The position numbers and the translations under genes are program-made. This document shows positions 35,643-52,210 of a stretch of 64,000 bases of DNA, one piece after another. The notes under the pieces were generated by a model. It did no database searches, was not told the DNA's origin, and saw only the letters and a list, made by a program, of their open reading frames with translations. The stretch's first letter is position 1, and every line of letters starts with the position of its first letter. This stretch comes from Escherichia coli (lineage in GTDB: Bacteria; Pseudomonadota; Gammaproteobacteria; Enterobacterales; Enterobacteriaceae), in NCBI RefSeq assembly GCF_013315695.1, contig NZ_CP054353.1. The stretch is one strand, 5' to 3'.

Positions 35643-36656
35643 ATGATGACGACGATGCTGGAAGTGGCGAAGCGCGCCGGGGTTTCAAAAGCGACCGTTT
35701 CCCGCGTGCTTTCAGGTAATGGCTACGTCAGCCAGGAGACTAAAGATCGCGTGTTTCAGGCGGTAGAAGAGAGCGGTTACCGCCCAAACTTGCTGGCGCG
35801 CAATCTGTCGGCGAAGAGTACTCAGACGCTGGGGCTGGTAGTGACCAACACGCTTTACCACGGCATTTATTTTAGTGAACTACTGTTTCATGCCGCGCGA
35901 ATGGCGGAAGAGAAAGGGCGACAGTTGCTATTGGCAGATGGTAAACACAGCGCCGAAGAAGAGCGCCAGGCGATTCAGTATCTGCTGGATTTGCGCTGCG
36001 ACGCCATTATGATTTACCCGCGTTTTTTAAGCGTGGATGAGATTGATGACATCATTGACGCACACAGTCAGCCGATAATGGTGCTTAATCGCCGCCTGCG
36101 CAAAAACACCAGCCATAGCGTCTGGTGCGATCATAAACAGACCAGCTTTAACGCCGTGGCAGAGTTGATAAACGCCGGACATCAGGAGATTGCTTTCCTT
36201 ACCGGCTCGATGGATTCCCCCACCAGCATTGAACGTCTTGCCGGGTATAAAGACGCGCTGTCGCAGCATGGTATTGCGCTCAATGAAAAACTTATCGCTA
36301 ACGGTAAATGGACGCCCGCCAGCGGGGCCGAAGGGGTAGAAACGTTGCTCGAACGTGGGGCTAAATTTAGCGCGTTAGTTGCCAGTAACGACGATATGGC
36401 GATAGGTGCGATGAAAGCGTTGCACGAGCGCGGCGTAGCGGTGCCAGAGCAGGTGTCAGTTATCGGATTCGATGATATCGCAATTGCCCCCTATATCGTT
36501 CCGGCGCTCTCCAGCGTAAAAATTCCGGTGACTGAGATGATTCAGGAAATTATTGGACGGCTGATTTTTATGCTCGATGGTGGGGATTTCTCACCGCCGA
36601 AAACCTTCAGCGGAAAACTGATCCGCCGCGGCTCCCTCATTGCTCTTTCGCAATAA
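35643..36656 (+). CDS. ascG: LacI-family repressor of the asc operon
   Basis: MTTMLEVAKRAGVSKATVSRVL HTH; start placed at an internal ATG (track ORF begins at 35580); divergent from ascF. Confidence 0.85.
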   Translation: MMTTMLEVAKRAGVSKATVSRVLSGNGYVSQETKDRVFQAVEESGYRPNLLARNLSAKSTQTLGLVVTNTLYHGIYFSELLFHAARMAEEKGRQLLLADGKHSAEEERQAIQYLLDLRCDAIMIYPRFLSVDEIDDIIDAHSQPIMVLNRRLRKNTSHSVWCDHKQTSFNAVAELINAGHQEIAFLTGSMDSPTSIERLAGYKDALSQHGIALNEKLIANGKWTPASGAEGVETLLERGAKFSALVASNDDMAIGAMKALHERGVAVPEQVSVIGFDDIAIAPYIVPALSSVKIPVTEMIQEIIGRLIFMLDGGDFSPPKTFSGKLIRRGSLIALSQ

Positions 36657-36804
36657 ACATTGTCATCACATGTCATCGTCACTAGTGTCGATGACATCGT
36701 TTTTCCTGCATTACAGAATTTAATTTCTTTAAATAATAGTAAATTAAAAACTGGCATGATTTGTGAATGTATCGGCGCATTAACTGTCATTGCTGGAGAA
36801 TTTG

Positions 36805-37332
36805 ATGAACCGTTTCATCATTGCTGACGCGAGTAAATGTATTGGTTGCCGTACCTGTGAAGTGGCGTGCGTGGTTTCTCATCAGGAGAATCAGGACTGT
36901 GCATCGCTGACCCCGGAAACTTTTTTACCGCGAATCCATGTCATTAAAGGTGTGAACATTTCCACGGCAACAGTCTGCCGTCAGTGTGAAGATGCACCGT
37001 GCGCTAACGTCTGCCCGAATGGTGCTATCAGTCGTGATAAAGGGTTTGTTCATGTGATGCAGGAACGTTGTATTGGTTGCAAAACCTGCGTTGTGGCTTG
37101 CCCGTATGGCGCGATGGAAGTGGTGGTACGTCCGGTGATTCGCAACAGCGGCGCGGGGCTGAATGTACGGGCTGACAAAGCCGAAGCCAATAAATGCGAC
37201 CTCTGTAACCATCGTGAAGACGGCCCGGCGTGTATGGCGGCTTGCCCGACCCATGCGCTGATTTGTGTCGATCGTAATAAACTTGAACAACTGAGCGCAG
37301 AAAAACGTCGCCGTACGGCGCTGATGTTCTAA
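36805..37332 (+). CDS. hydN: 4Fe-4S ferredoxin-type electron transport protein HydN
   Basis: 175 aa starting [19 protein letters not shown]; paralogous to HycB; upstream of hypF. Confidence 0.9.
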   Translation: MNRFIIADASKCIGCRTCEVACVVSHQENQDCASLTPETFLPRIHVIKGVNISTATVCRQCEDAPCANVCPNGAISRDKGFVHVMQERCIGCKTCVVACPYGAMEVVVRPVIRNSGAGLNVRADKAEANKCDLCNHREDGPACMAACPTHALICVDRNKLEQLSAEKRRRTALMF

Positions 37333-37484
37333 AAATCTTACAGAACTGTTCTGGCATCAAAGGAATTCCCGGAAATATTCGTAGAATACGAAGCGGGCAG
37401 TATCGCCGACCTGTGACTGCCGGATGCGACGCGCTCGTGTCCGGCTGGGCGGGTTACGCAATTCATGATGGCGGGAATAACTCA

Positions 37485-39725
37485 ATGGCAAAAAACACAT
37501 CTTGCGGTGTCCAACTGCGTATTCGTGGCAAAGTGCAGGGCGTCGGTTTTCGTCCGTTTGTCTGGCAACTGGCACAGCAATTAAATCTTCACGGCGATGT
37601 TTGTAATGACGGCGATGGCGTAGAAGTCCGGCTGCTGGAAGCCCCGGAAACGTTTCTTGTTCAATTGCATCAGCACTGCCCGCCACTGGCGCGTATTGAT
37701 AGCGTCGAGCGTGAGCCGTTTATCTGGTCACAACTGCCCACTGAGTTCACCATCCGCCAGAGCGCGGGTGGCGTCATGAATACGCAAATTGTTCCCGATG
37801 CCGCGACTTGCCCTGCTTGCCTTGCCGAAATGAATACCCCAGGCGAACGACGCTGGCGTTATCCGTTTATCAACTGTACCCACTGCGGCCCACGTTTCAC
37901 CATTATTCGCGCGATGCCTTACGACCGCCCGTTTACCGTGATGGCGGCGTTTCCGCTGTGTCCGGCCTGTGACAAAGAATATCGCGACCCGCTCGATCGT
38001 CGCTTCCACGCCCAGCCGGTGGCCTGCCCGGAGTGTGGCCCACATCTTGAATGGGTAAGTCATGGTGAACATGCAGAACAAGAGGCGGCATTACAGGCAG
38101 CTATCGCACAGTTAAAAATGGGCAACATTGTCGCCATCAAAGGGATTGGCGGATTTCATCTCGCCTGCGATGCGCGTAACAGTAACGCGGTGGCGACACT
38201 ACGGGCACGCAAACATCGCCCGGCGAAACCGCTGGCGGTCATGTTGCCAGTGGCTGACGGTTTACCTGACGCTGCGCGCCAGTTGCTTACCACGCCCGCC
38301 GCGCCGATTGTTCTGGTGGATAAAAAATACGTTCCTGAGCTTTGTGATGATATCGCCCCTGGCCTTAACGAAGTTGGGGTGATGTTGCCTGCGAACCCGC
38401 TCCAGCATTTGCTGTTACAGGAACTGCAATGCCCGCTGGTGATGACCTCCGGCAACCTGAGCGGTAAACCACCAGCTATCAGCAACGAACAGGCGCTGGC
38501 GGATTTGCAGGGGATTGCCGACGGATTCTTGATACATAACCGCGACATCGTGCAGCGGATGGATGATTCGGTGGTGCGCGAAAACGGCGAAATGCTGCGC
38601 CGTTCGCGGGGGTATGTGCCGGATGCGCTGGCTTTGCCTCCGGGCTTTAAAAATGTTCCGCCTGTGCTGTGTCTCGGTGCGGATCTGAAAAACACCTTCT
38701 GCCTGGTGCGCGGCGAACAAGCGGTGTTGAGTCAGCATCTGGGCGATTTAAGTGACGATGGCATCCAGATGCAGTGGCGCGAAGCGTTACGCCTGATGCA
38801 AAACATCTACGATTTCACTCCGCAATACGTTGTGCATGACGCGCATCCGGGCTATATCTCCAGCCAGTGGGCGCGCGAAATGAATCTGCCGACGCAAACG
38901 GTACTGCATCATCATGCCCACGCGGCGGCGTGTCTGGCAGAACATCACTGGCCGCTGGATGGCGGTGATGTCATTGCGTTGACGCTCGACGGTATCGGTA
39001 TGGGGGAGAATGGCGCTTTGTGGGGCGGCGAGTGTCTGCGGGTGAACTATCGCGAATGCCAGCATCTGGGCGGCTTGCCTGCGGTGGCGCTTCCGGGTGG
39101 CGATTTTGCGGCGAAGCAGCCGTGGCGTAACCTGCTGGCGCAGTGCCTGCGCTTTGTGCCGGAGTGGCAGAATTACCCTGAAACGGCAAGTGTGCAACAG
39201 CAAAACTGGAGCGTGCTGGCGCGGGCCATTGAGCGTGGAATTAACGCGCCGCTGGCGTCGTCGTGTGGGCGTTTGTTCGATGCTGTGGCGGCGGCACTGG
39301 GCTGTGCGCCAGCCATGTTAAGTTATGAAGGTGAAGCGGCTTGCGCCCTCGAGGCGCTGGCGGCTTCGAGCCAGGGAGTGACGCATCCGGTGACGATACC
39401 GCTGGTGGACAATCAACTGGATCTCGCCACTTTCTGGCAGCAGTGGCTGAACTGGCAGGCACCGGTTAATCAACGCGCGTGGGCGTTTCATGATGCGCTG
39501 GCGCAGGGGTTTGCCGCGTTGATGCGTGAGCAGGCCACGATGCGCGGTATCACTACGCTGGTATTTAGCGGTGGGGTTATTCATAACCGATTGCTGCGTA
39601 CACGCCTGGCGCATTATCTCGCTGATTTCACATTGCTCTTTCCACAGAGTTTACCGGCGGGCGATGGCGGGTTGTCTCTGGGGCAGGGGGTTATTGTTGC
39701 GGCGCGCATCCTGCATGCTGCATAG
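37485..39725 (+). CDS. hypF: carbamoyltransferase HypF
   Basis: Acylphosphatase domain (VQGVGFRP), two zinc-finger-like CxxC pairs, YrdC and Kae1-like domains; start [11 protein letters not shown]. Confidence 0.9.
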   Translation: MAKNTSCGVQLRIRGKVQGVGFRPFVWQLAQQLNLHGDVCNDGDGVEVRLLEAPETFLVQLHQHCPPLARIDSVEREPFIWSQLPTEFTIRQSAGGVMNTQIVPDAATCPACLAEMNTPGERRWRYPFINCTHCGPRFTIIRAMPYDRPFTVMAAFPLCPACDKEYRDPLDRRFHAQPVACPECGPHLEWVSHGEHAEQEAALQAAIAQLKMGNIVAIKGIGGFHLACDARNSNAVATLRARKHRPAKPLAVMLPVADGLPDAARQLLTTPAAPIVLVDKKYVPELCDDIAPGLNEVGVMLPANPLQHLLLQELQCPLVMTSGNLSGKPPAISNEQALADLQGIADGFLIHNRDIVQRMDDSVVRENGEMLRRSRGYVPDALALPPGFKNVPPVLCLGADLKNTFCLVRGEQAVLSQHLGDLSDDGIQMQWREALRLMQNIYDFTPQYVVHDAHPGYISSQWAREMNLPTQTVLHHHAHAAACLAEHHWPLDGGDVIALTLDGIGMGENGALWGGECLRVNYRECQHLGGLPAVALPGGDFAAKQPWRNLLAQCLRFVPEWQNYPETASVQQQNWSVLARAIERGINAPLASSCGRLFDAVAAALGCAPAMLSYEGEAACALEALAASSQGVTHPVTIPLVDNQLDLATFWQQWLNWQAPVNQRAWAFHDALAQGFAALMREQATMRGITTLVFSGGVIHNRLLRTRLAHYLADFTLLFPQSLPAGDGGLSLGQGVIVAARILHAA

Positions 39726-39803
39726 TGGCGGATGTGGCGTAACGAAGCGTTAAAAGTAGCGCGGACAGTCCCCTCGCCCTTTGGGCGAGGGAGAAAACCA
39801 TGC

Positions 39804-40937
39804 CTACATCGGCAACGTTTTCAACAATCCAAACGCCTCTTTCATCCGATCCTCACTGACCACAAAGGCGCGAAGCTGGTCACCATCGTCAACACCGCGC
39901 GCCACCATTCCCTGGCGTTCGGTATTAATTTGCCAGCGTAAATCCTGACGCTGGGTTTCGCCTGCCAGATGTAGCGGTAATTCTGGCGTTTTGATTTTCA
40001 CCAGCATCGCCGGGAGTTTCAGCGGCGTGTTATTGCCGAGAAGATTTTTTGCCAGCACCATTGCGCTAAGTTGAATCGGCTGGAGGAACGGCAATACCTG
40101 ACCGTTAATTTCCGCGCAATCGCCCAGCGCATAAATATCGGCATTACTGGTTTGCAGATAGCTATCGACGCAAACGCCACGATTAATCGTCAGCCCGGCG
40201 CGTCGTGCCAGGGCTGTTTCCGGGCGCAGCCCGGTGGCGGCAATTACCGCATCCACTTCGATACTACGCTGGTGGTCCAGCGTTGCCAGAATGCCAGAAT
40301 CCGTTTTTTCCAGCCCCTGTAACTGAGATTTCAACAGCAGATGAACGCCCATCTCCGTCAACCGATGCTGCAAGCGGCTGCTTACTTCCGGTGGCATTAA
40401 CGACGCCAGAATACTGGCAGCGTTGTCGATTAGCGTGACCGCTTTGCCTGCACGACAAAAATCCATCGCCAGTTCGCTACCAATCAAACCACCGCCAACA
40501 ATCAACACGCGTCGGGCATCCCGCAGTTGCGTTTCACAGGCGCGATACTCTTGCTGACTATTTAACGTCAGCATTAACTCACGCCCAGGCACAGGCGGGA
40601 CAAAGGCACTGGCACCGGTTGCCAGTACTAGTTTGTCGTATTGCCACTGATTATTCTGGCTTTTCACCACACGGGCTTCGGCATCGATATCCGTCACCCA
40701 GGTTTGTGGAAACAGGTGCAGATTAAACTGCTCGGCAAATTCACCCGCCGTCTGGCGGGTAAGGTCGTCGGCACGTTGCCCCTGACTGATAACATGGCTG
40801 AGGTCAGGTTTGTTGTACTCATCCATGCTGTCGGCGGCAATCAGAGTTAATGGAATACTGGCGTCCTGTTTGCGAATATTTTTCACCAGTTGGCGGGCGG
40901 CGAAGCCCGAACCAATGATCACAATGCTGTTGCTCAT
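39804..40937 (-). CDS. norW: NADH:flavorubredoxin reductase
   Basis: 377 aa; FAD/NAD Rossmann motifs ([10 protein letters not shown]); overlaps norV stop. Confidence 0.9.
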   Translation of the reverse strand: MSNSIVIIGSGFAARQLVKNIRKQDASIPLTLIAADSMDEYNKPDLSHVISQGQRADDLTRQTAGEFAEQFNLHLFPQTWVTDIDAEARVVKSQNNQWQYDKLVLATGASAFVPPVPGRELMLTLNSQQEYRACETQLRDARRVLIVGGGLIGSELAMDFCRAGKAVTLIDNAASILASLMPPEVSSRLQHRLTEMGVHLLLKSQLQGLEKTDSGILATLDHQRSIEVDAVIAATGLRPETALARRAGLTINRGVCVDSYLQTSNADIYALGDCAEINGQVLPFLQPIQLSAMVLAKNLLGNNTPLKLPAMLVKIKTPELPLHLAGETQRQDLRWQINTERQGMVARGVDDGDQLRAFVVSEDRMKEAFGLLKTLPM

Positions 40938-42373
40938 TTTGCCTCCGATGCCAGTTCGTCAAAGACGTCTTTGCCGAGAGAGCATTCCGGGCACAGGAAG
41001 TTATCCGGGACTTCACTCCACGGCGTTCCTGGCGCAACGTCCTGCATTGGCTCACCTTTTGCCGGATCGTAAATCCACTGGCAGACGCTGCATTGCATCC
41101 GTGGGCCGAGGTCAGCCGTCGTGGCGGCAGAGGTTTCTTCTTTAACCACCGTATTCACCGTGCTCTGCGGCAGCGGCGCGAGCGCCCACTGACGGGCGAT
41201 TTCGCGACCGTGTTCACGACATAACTCCAGAGCGTCCTGGTCTGGTCGCCATTTGGCTTTCAGGCTAAGCGACATTTCGAAACCCGCATCCTGCAGGCGC
41301 GTGGAAAGACGATCCACCGCACCGCCGCTCCAGCCGTGAGAGCCGAAAGCACTAGCGCGTTTGTTACGGAAGCGTAATCCGGTCATCTCCTCCACCAGCC
41401 CGGCGATTTTCGGCATCATCACATTATTCATCGTAGAGGTGCCGACCAGCACGCCTTTTGAGCGGAAGACATTGGTCAGGATTTCGTTTTTATCGCTTCG
41501 GGCGACGTTGAAAATTTTCACCGCCACGCGTGGGTCGGTTTCCGCAATCCCCTGGGCGATAGCGTCAGCCATCATGCGGGTGTTATTCGACATGGTGTCG
41601 TAGAAAATGGTGATTCTGTCTTCCTGATAATCCGCCGCCCATTTCAGGTACAGCTCGACAATTTGCGTCGGGTTATCGCGCCATACCACGCCGTGAGAGG
41701 TCGCTATCATATCGACTGGCAAGTTAAAGCCTAGGATCTCGGTAATTTTCGGCGTTACCAGGCGGCTGAACGGCGTCAGGATATTGGCGTAGTAACGCTG
41801 GCACTGCTCGAAAAGCTCCGTCTGATCCACTTCATCGTTGAACAGATGCTCGTCGCAGTAGTGCTGACCGAAAGCATCGTTACTGAACAGCACCGCGTCG
41901 CCTGTCAGGTAAGTCATCATGCTGTCCGGCCAGTGCAGCATTGGCGTTTCGACAAAAATGAGCTGTTTGCCGTTGCCGATATCCAGCGTGTCGCCAGTTT
42001 TCACCACATTAAAATTCCACTCCGGATGATGGTGATGACCATTTATCGAGTCGATAGCGTTGGCAGTACAGTAGATCGGCGTATCGGGAATTTGCGCCAT
42101 CAGTTCGGTCAGCGCCCCGGCGTGGTCCTCTTCTGCATGGTTAATCACGATGTAATCGATATCCGCCAGATCGATTTCATTACGCAGGTTCTGCACAAAT
42201 TCGCGGCTGAATTTATGGTCAACGGTGTCGATCAGCACGTTTTTTTCTTCGCGGATGAGGTAGCTGTTGTAGCTGCTGCCGCGCAGCGTTTTATATTCTG
42301 TGCCGTGAAAATCACGCACTTCCCAGTCACGTTGACCAACCCAATGAATGTTATTTTTCACCACAATAGACAT
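40934..42373 (-). CDS. norV: anaerobic nitric oxide reductase flavorubredoxin
   Basis: 479 aa; metallo-beta-lactamase-like and flavodoxin domains; C-terminal rubredoxin CxxC...CPxC. Confidence 0.9.
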   Translation of the reverse strand: MSIVVKNNIHWVGQRDWEVRDFHGTEYKTLRGSSYNSYLIREEKNVLIDTVDHKFSREFVQNLRNEIDLADIDYIVINHAEEDHAGALTELMAQIPDTPIYCTANAIDSINGHHHHPEWNFNVVKTGDTLDIGNGKQLIFVETPMLHWPDSMMTYLTGDAVLFSNDAFGQHYCDEHLFNDEVDQTELFEQCQRYYANILTPFSRLVTPKITEILGFNLPVDMIATSHGVVWRDNPTQIVELYLKWAADYQEDRITIFYDTMSNNTRMMADAIAQGIAETDPRVAVKIFNVARSDKNEILTNVFRSKGVLVGTSTMNNVMMPKIAGLVEEMTGLRFRNKRASAFGSHGWSGGAVDRLSTRLQDAGFEMSLSLKAKWRPDQDALELCREHGREIARQWALAPLPQSTVNTVVKEETSAATTADLGPRMQCSVCQWIYDPAKGEPMQDVAPGTPWSEVPDNFLCPECSLGKDVFDELASEAK

Positions 42374-42420
42374 AGCAACCTCAATTTATTCAGCGTGTTC
42401 TAAAAAGATGTCTTGCTAAT

Positions 42421-42436
42421 TGCAGATTGCGTGCCA
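42421..42436 (-). promoter_or_regulatory. sigma-54 (-24/-12) promoter of norVW
   Basis: Minus strand reads TGGCACgcaatcTGCA (GG-N10-GC) just upstream of norV. Confidence 0.6.
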
Positions 42437-42491
42437 GTTTTTTATCTGATTGATTTTTATGTATAAATTAATTCATGCTCATTAATGAGTA

Positions 42492-42547
42492 GTCAAAATG
42501 ACTATTAATCAAATGGTCGATATGACAATATCTATAGTCAAATTGAC
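42492..42547. promoter_or_regulatory. Three NorR binding sites (GTCA-N3-TGAC) forming the norR/norV enhancer
   Basis: gtcaaaatgac (42492..42502), gtcgatatgac (42516..42526) and gtcaaattgac (42537..42547) in the divergent norR-norV intergenic region. Confidence 0.75.
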
Positions 42548-42559
42548 AGTGAGGCAAAG

Positions 42560-44074
42560 ATGAGTTTTTCCGTTGATGTGCTGGCGAATATCGCCATCGA
42601 ATTGCAGCGTGGGATTGGTCATCAGGATCGTTTTCAGCGCCTGATCACCACGCTGCGTCAGGTGCTGGAGTGCGATGCGTCTGCATTGCTACGTTACGAC
42701 TCGCGGCAGTTTATTCCGCTTGCCATCGACGGGCTGGCAAAGGATGTACTCGGTAGACGCTTTGCGCTGGAAGGGCATCCACGGCTGGAAGCGATTGCCC
42801 GCGCCGGGGACGTGGTGCGCTTTCCCGCAGACAGCGAATTGCCCGATCCCTATGACGGTTTGATTCCCGGGCAGGAGAGTCTGAAGGTTCACGCCTGCGT
42901 TGGTCTGCCATTGTTTGCCGGGCAAAACCTGATCGGCGCATTGACGCTCGACGGGATGCAGCCCGATCAGTTCGATGTTTTCAGCGACGAAGAGTTACGC
43001 CTGATTGCCGCGCTGGCGGCGGGAGCGTTAAGCAATGCGTTGCTGATTGAACAACTGGAAAGTCAGAATATGCTGCCGGGCGATGCCGCGCCGTTTGAAG
43101 CGCTGAAAGAGACGCAGATGATCGGCCTGTCGCCAGGCATGACGCAATTGAAAAAAGAGATTGAGATTGTGGCGGCGTCCGATCTCAACGTCCTGATTAG
43201 CGGTGAGACGGGAACCGGTAAGGAGCTGGTGGCGAAAGCGATTCATGAAGCCTCGCCAAGGGCGGTGAATCCGTTGGTCTATCTCAACTGTGCCGCACTG
43301 CCGGAAAGTGTGGCGGAAAGTGAGTTGTTCGGGCACGTGAAAGGGGCGTTTACTGGCGCTATCAGTAACCGCAGCGGGAAGTTTGAAATGGCGGATAACG
43401 GCACGCTGTTTCTGGATGAGATCGGCGAGTTGTCGTTGGCATTGCAGGCCAAGCTGCTGAGGGTGTTGCAGTATGGCGATATTCAGCGCGTTGGCGATGA
43501 CCGCAGTTTGCGGGTCGATGTGCGCGTGCTGGCGGCGACTAACCGCGACTTACGCGAAGAGGTGCTGGCAGGGCGATTCCGCGCCGATTTGTTTCATCGC
43601 CTGAGCGTGTTTCCACTTTCGGTGCCGCCGCTGCGTGAGCGGGGCGATGATGTCATTCTGCTGGCGGGGTATTTCTGCGAACAGTGCCGCCTGCGGTTGG
43701 GGCTTTCCCGCGTGGTGTTAAGTTCCGGGGCGCGGAATTTATTGCAACATTATAGTTTCCCGGGGAACGTGCGCGAACTGGAACATGCTATTCATCGGGC
43801 GGTAGTGCTGGCGAGAGCAACCCGCAGCGGCGATGAAGTGATTCTCGAGGCGCAACATTTTGCTTTTCCTGAGGTGACGTTGCCGCCGCGAGAAGCTGCG
43901 GCGGTGCCCGTTGTTAAGCAAAATCTGCGTGAAGCGACAGAAGCGTTCCAGCGTGAAACCATTCGCCAGGCACTGGCACAAAATCATCACAACTGGGCTG
44001 CCTGCGCGCGAATGCTGGAAACTGACGTCGCCAACCTGCATCGGCTGGCGAAACGTCTGGGATTGAAGGATTAA
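42560..44074 (+). CDS. norR: sigma-54-dependent NO-responsive regulator NorR
   Basis: 504 aa; GAF domain, AAA+ core ([14 protein letters not shown]), C-terminal HTH. Confidence 0.95.
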   Translation: MSFSVDVLANIAIELQRGIGHQDRFQRLITTLRQVLECDASALLRYDSRQFIPLAIDGLAKDVLGRRFALEGHPRLEAIARAGDVVRFPADSELPDPYDGLIPGQESLKVHACVGLPLFAGQNLIGALTLDGMQPDQFDVFSDEELRLIAALAAGALSNALLIEQLESQNMLPGDAAPFEALKETQMIGLSPGMTQLKKEIEIVAASDLNVLISGETGTGKELVAKAIHEASPRAVNPLVYLNCAALPESVAESELFGHVKGAFTGAISNRSGKFEMADNGTLFLDEIGELSLALQAKLLRVLQYGDIQRVGDDRSLRVDVRVLAATNRDLREEVLAGRFRADLFHRLSVFPLSVPPLRERGDDVILLAGYFCEQCRLRLGLSRVVLSSGARNLLQHYSFPGNVRELEHAIHRAVVLARATRSGDEVILEAQHFAFPEVTLPPREAAAVPVVKQNLREATEAFQRETIRQALAQNHHNWAACARMLETDVANLHRLAKRLGLKD

Positions 44075-45036
44075 ATAATCCCGGCCTGATAGAAATCCTG
44101 CAGGTTAATTGCGCCGGTGAGTTTGCCGTTTTCATCCACCACCGGTGCGGCAGTGATTTTGCGCTTCATCAGGATCTCTTTGGCGTCGATGGCACGGCTT
44201 TGCGATTGCAACGTGGTGCCGCCGACCGTCATCGCTTCATTGACTGGCGTGGTGAGTGCGCCGCCGCCAACCAGCCAGCGACGTAAATCACCGTCGGTAA
44301 AGACGCCTTGTACCTGTTGCTGAGCGTCACATACCGCCACCAGCCCCAGACCGGTGCGGCTGAGTTCCAGCATCGCATCCATCACGCTGGCGGTTAACGC
44401 TACCTGCGGAATAGCGTCATCACGGCGCATCAGATGATGCACTTTATTCAGCAAGCGAGCGCCCAGTGCCCCGGCTGGGTGGGAGCGGGCAAAATCTTCT
44501 TCATTAAAACCACGCGCCTGCATGACTGCCATCGCCAACGCGTCGCCCATCATCAGGGTATTCACGGTGCTGGAGGTCGGCGCAAGATGCATCGGGCAGG
44601 CTTCGCGTTCTACGGAGATATCCAGCACCGCTTTCGCCGCCAGGCCCAGCGGTGACGTCGGTTTGCCGGTCATCGCCAGCAGCGCGATAGATTTATCTTC
44701 CAGACGCGGAATAATCAGATCCAGTTCCTTCGCGCCACCGGAGTAAGAGATAAACAGCATCACATCGCGGCTTTCGATCATCCCCAGGTCGCCGTGCAAT
44801 GCCTCTGCCGGATGGACAAAAAAGGCAGGAGTGCCGGTGCTGGCAAGCGTTGCGGCGATTTTCTTACCAATGTGGCCCGATTTGCCAATTCCCGAAACCA
44901 CCACTTTGCCTTCGCAGTGCAGGATGATATTGGCGGCGCGAACAAAATCATCGCCCAGACGTTCCGGTAAACGGCTTGCTTCCTGTAACTCCAGCATTAA
45001 CGTCTGACGTCCCGCGTTCAGTAGTGCTTCACTCAT
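44071..45036 (-). CDS. gutQ: D-arabinose 5-phosphate isomerase (SIS plus CBS domains)
   Basis: 321 aa; KdsD/GutQ family; last gene of the srl/gut operon. Confidence 0.9.
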   Translation of the reverse strand: MSEALLNAGRQTLMLELQEASRLPERLGDDFVRAANIILHCEGKVVVSGIGKSGHIGKKIAATLASTGTPAFFVHPAEALHGDLGMIESRDVMLFISYSGGAKELDLIIPRLEDKSIALLAMTGKPTSPLGLAAKAVLDISVEREACPMHLAPTSSTVNTLMMGDALAMAVMQARGFNEEDFARSHPAGALGARLLNKVHHLMRRDDAIPQVALTASVMDAMLELSRTGLGLVAVCDAQQQVQGVFTDGDLRRWLVGGGALTTPVNEAMTVGGTTLQSQSRAIDAKEILMKRKITAAPVVDENGKLTGAINLQDFYQAGII

Positions 45037-45802
45037 TGCTCTCTCCGGTTATGATCACATCGATCCCTTTCTTTTCCAGCGCCTGACGAAACGCCGGATC
45101 GATACCTACGTCGGTAATTAGCTTATCGACGCTTTCAAGACTACAAACCACGTTGGGGCTTTTACGGCCAAACTTTGATGAGTCCGCCATCAAAATCACT
45201 TCGCGCGCGGCATTGCACATTGCCTTACTGACGGTATAAACCTCGTTGAACGTGGTTACGCCCGCATTGAGATCGATGCCGTCGGTGCCCATAAACAATT
45301 TATCGAAGGTGAAATGCTCGAAGGCATTCTCTGCCAGTTGCCCGTGAAATGAGGCCGATTTTTTACGAAATGTTCCGCCTGGCATCAGGATAGTTTGTTC
45401 GTTATCCAGTTCGGATAGCGCATTGACGATATGCAGGCTGTTGGTCATCACTGTGATGTTATTAAAGCGCGAGAGCAGGGGAACCATCTGCAAAACGGTA
45501 CTGCCAGCATCAAGAATGATCGAATCGCCATCATGGATAAAACTAACGGCAGCTTCTGCAATCAGCTCTTTCTTGTGGGTGTTGATGAGTGTTTTATGAT
45601 CGATAGGCGGATCGGATTCCTCTTTATTCAACACCACTCCGCCATAAGTACGAATGACGGTTCCGGCATGTTCCAGAATGACCAGATCTTTGCGAATGGT
45701 TGTGCCTGTGGTGTCAAAGTATTGCGCCAATTCTTCAACCGAGCATTTACCCTGCTTTTGCAGATACTCCAGAATGGCGGCCTGACGCTGACGAGGTTTC
45801 AT
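45029..45802 (-). CDS. srlR: DeoR-family glucitol operon repressor
   Basis: 257 aa; HTH plus DeoR C-terminal domain. Confidence 0.9.
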   Translation of the reverse strand: MKPRQRQAAILEYLQKQGKCSVEELAQYFDTTGTTIRKDLVILEHAGTVIRTYGGVVLNKEESDPPIDHKTLINTHKKELIAEAAVSFIHDGDSIILDAGSTVLQMVPLLSRFNNITVMTNSLHIVNALSELDNEQTILMPGGTFRKKSASFHGQLAENAFEHFTFDKLFMGTDGIDLNAGVTTFNEVYTVSKAMCNAAREVILMADSSKFGRKSPNVVCSLESVDKLITDVGIDPAFRQALEKKGIDVIITGESNE

Positions 45803-45868
45803 GGGCGTGATTACCTGATTTAGGTTTCAAAATGATAACTTCGCAAGCAAGTAACATTCACAACGAAA

Positions 45869-46228
45869 TTATCCACGTTTCAGTTTAAGCGCCAATGATA
45901 GAGCATTCTGTGATAGTGGATCATGGGGAAAGATCACATCGGGCTGTAAATCACCCGCATGCATACCGGTAATTGCGGGAATTTTTTGCGGTCGGGCGAA
46001 GACGGTCAGTCCTTTCATAAACAAGGTGTCGACGATGCGCTGCTGATCGTCCAGGGCGATGGCGACCACGACCCGCGGTTTAAAGCGCCCGCTGGAACGG
46101 CCCACGCCAACCCGCCCTTGCTGGCATAGTGTGTCGAAGGCACGGTTAAAACGAGAAATTTGCCAGCCGCCTAAGGCCAGTTGCGCACACCAGGCGATAA
46201 CGGCGACGGTGATGAGTGCGGATACCAT
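45869..46228 (-). CDS. gutM: glucitol operon activator
   Basis: 119 aa; position between srlD and srlR. Confidence 0.85.
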   Translation of the reverse strand: MVSALITVAVIAWCAQLALGGWQISRFNRAFDTLCQQGRVGVGRSSGRFKPRVVVAIALDDQQRIVDTLFMKGLTVFARPQKIPAITGMHAGDLQPDVIFPHDPLSQNALSLALKLKRG

Positions 46229-46259
46229 AACTTCTCCTTAATGTAGTGGCGGAAGTCCT

Positions 46260-46327
46260 GTAGGCCTGATAAGCGTAGCGCATCAGGCATTCTATTAGTC
46301 TCGCGGAGATCCTTAACGGATCTCCGC
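46260..46327. repeat. REP element plus adjacent 10-bp-stem hairpin in the srlD-gutM intergenic region
   Basis: gtaggcctgataagcgtagcgcatcaggc (REP-type palindrome) followed by gcggagatcc-ttaac-ggatctccgc. Confidence 0.6.
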
Positions 46328-46333
46328 TGTTAA

Positions 46334-47488
<1,155 letters not shown>

Positions 47489-47498
47489 GTTTCAGCCT

Positions 47499-49036
<1,538 letters not shown>

Positions 49037-49274
49037 TTATTGTTTTATTACCAAACGGCAATCTAATCTAATCAGATTGAAAGATTTAAAAGTGTTATTT
49101 TGATCGCAAAATGAAAGATAAATATTTTATTTTGAAAGTTTATATAAAGAAGGTAGTGAGGAGAATGAGTTGAGTTATGTAAAGTCCGTATCGGGCAGTG
49201 ACTACCGCTTCCTTGTGCGGGGCGGGATGCTTTACCATACTTGCCCCTGGTTGAATCTGTTAAATGGACCCCTC

Positions 49275-50360
49275 ATGTTCAAGCGTCGTTATGTAACATT
49301 GCTTCCCCTTTTTGTGTTGCTTGCCGCCTGTAGCAGCAAGCCAAAACCTACTGAGACTGAAACGACCACCGGAACGCCGTCTGGCGGCTTCCTGCTTGAG
49401 CCGCAGCACAATGTGATGCAGATGGGCGGTGACTTCGCCAATAACCCGAATGCCCAGCAGTTCATCGACAAAATGGTGAACAAACACGGTTTCGATCGTC
49501 AGCAGTTGCAGGAAATTCTCTCCCAGGCGAAACGTCTGGATTCGGTACTGCGGCTGATGGATAACCAGGCACCAACCACATCGGTGAAACCGCCATCAGG
49601 TCCGAACGGCGCATGGCTGCGTTATCGCAAAAAATTTATTACGCCGGACAACGTGCAGAACGGTGTGGTTTTCTGGAATCAGTATGAAGATGCGTTGAAT
49701 CGCGCGTGGCAGGTGTATGGTGTACCGCCGGAAATTATCGTCGGGATTATCGGCGTTGAAACCCGCTGGGGGCGCGTGATGGGGAAAACTCGCATCCTCG
49801 ATGCGCTGGCAACGCTGTCATTTAACTACCCACGCCGCGCGGAGTATTTTTCTGGCGAGCTGGAAACCTTCCTGCTGATGGCGCGCGACGAGCAGGACGA
49901 TCCGCTCAATCTGAAAGGTTCCTTTGCCGGGGCGATGGGCTACGGTCAGTTTATGCCGTCGTCTTACAAACAATACGCGGTAGATTTCAGCGGCGACGGG
50001 CATATCAACCTGTGGGATCCGGTTGATGCCATTGGTAGTGTGGCGAACTATTTCAAAGCGCACGGCTGGGTGAAAGGTGATCAGGTTGCGGTGATGGCAA
50101 ACGGTCAGGCTCCAGGCTTGCCAAATGGCTTCAAAACCAAGTACAGCATTTCGCAGCTTGCCGCGGCAGGTTTAACGCCACAGCAGCCGCTGGGCAACCA
50201 TCAACAAGCCAGCCTGCTGCGTCTGGATGTTGGAACAGGTTACCAGTACTGGTACGGTCTGCCGAACTTCTACACCATTACCCGTTATAACCACAGCACC
50301 CATTACGCAATGGCGGTCTGGCAGTTAGGACAAGCCGTGGCGCTGGCGCGCGTGCAGTAA
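49275..50360 (+). CDS. mltB: membrane-bound lytic murein transglycosylase B
   Basis: 361 aa from MFKRRYVTLLPLFVLLAACSS (lipoprotein signal); internal start preferred over the longer track ORF. Confidence 0.9.
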   Translation: MFKRRYVTLLPLFVLLAACSSKPKPTETETTTGTPSGGFLLEPQHNVMQMGGDFANNPNAQQFIDKMVNKHGFDRQQLQEILSQAKRLDSVLRLMDNQAPTTSVKPPSGPNGAWLRYRKKFITPDNVQNGVVFWNQYEDALNRAWQVYGVPPEIIVGIIGVETRWGRVMGKTRILDALATLSFNYPRRAEYFSGELETFLLMARDEQDDPLNLKGSFAGAMGYGQFMPSSYKQYAVDFSGDGHINLWDPVDAIGSVANYFKAHGWVKGDQVAVMANGQAPGLPNGFKTKYSISQLAAAGLTPQQPLGNHQQASLLRLDVGTGYQYWYGLPNFYTITRYNHSTHYAMAVWQLGQAVALARVQ

Positions 50361-50504
50361 CTCTTTGCAAGAGGGGGGCGTGAGCTTCCCTCTGGCTAAT
50401 CAGCTTTTTTCTGAATCCTCCTCGTAAAATTGCAACGCCAACACCATCTTCCTGACGAAAGTGCTATCTTGTCCGGCATAAATTTTTGACTGACAGAGGT
50501 TGTG

Positions 50505-51002
50505 ATGACTGACAGTGAACTGATGCAGTTAAGCGAACAGGTTGGGCAGGCGCTGAAAGCCCGTGGCGCAACCGTAACAACTGCTGAGTCTTGTACCGGC
50601 GGTTGGGTAGCGAAAGTGATTACCGATATTGCCGGCAGTTCCGCCTGGTTTGAACGCGGATTTGTCACCTACAGTAACGAAGCCAAAGCGCAAATGATCG
50701 GTGTACGCGAAGAGACGCTGGCGCAGCATGGTGCGGTGAGCGAACCTGTCGTGGTGGAAATGGCGATAGGCGCACTGAAAGCGGCTCGTGCTGATTACGC
50801 CGTGTCTATTAGTGGTATCGCCGGGCCGGATGGCGGCAGTGAAGAGAAGCCTGTCGGCACCGTCTGGTTTGCTTTTGCCACCGCCCGTGGTGAAGGCATT
50901 ACCCGGCGGGAATGCTTCAGCGGTGACCGTGATGCGGTGCGTCGTCAGGCTACTGCGTATGCATTGCAGACCTTGTGGCAACAATTTCTACAAAACACTT
51001 GA
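50505..51002 (+). CDS. pncC: NMN amidohydrolase (CinA C-terminal domain family)
   Basis: 165 aa starting MTDSELMQLSEQVG; immediately upstream of recA. Confidence 0.9.
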   Translation: MTDSELMQLSEQVGQALKARGATVTTAESCTGGWVAKVITDIAGSSAWFERGFVTYSNEAKAQMIGVREETLAQHGAVSEPVVVEMAIGALKAARADYAVSISGIAGPDGGSEEKPVGTVWFAFATARGEGITRRECFSGDRDAVRRQATAYALQTLWQQFLQNT

Positions 51003-52143
<1,141 letters not shown>

Positions 52144-52164
52144 TCGTCTTGTTTGATACACAAG

Positions 52165-52195
52165 GGTCGCATCTGCGGCCCTTTTGCTTTTTAAG
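52165..52195 (+). terminator. recA-recX intergenic hairpin (partial terminator/attenuator)
   Basis: gggtcgcatctgcggccc stem followed by ttttgcttttt. Confidence 0.6.
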
Positions 52196-52210
52196 TTGTA
52201 AGGGTATGCC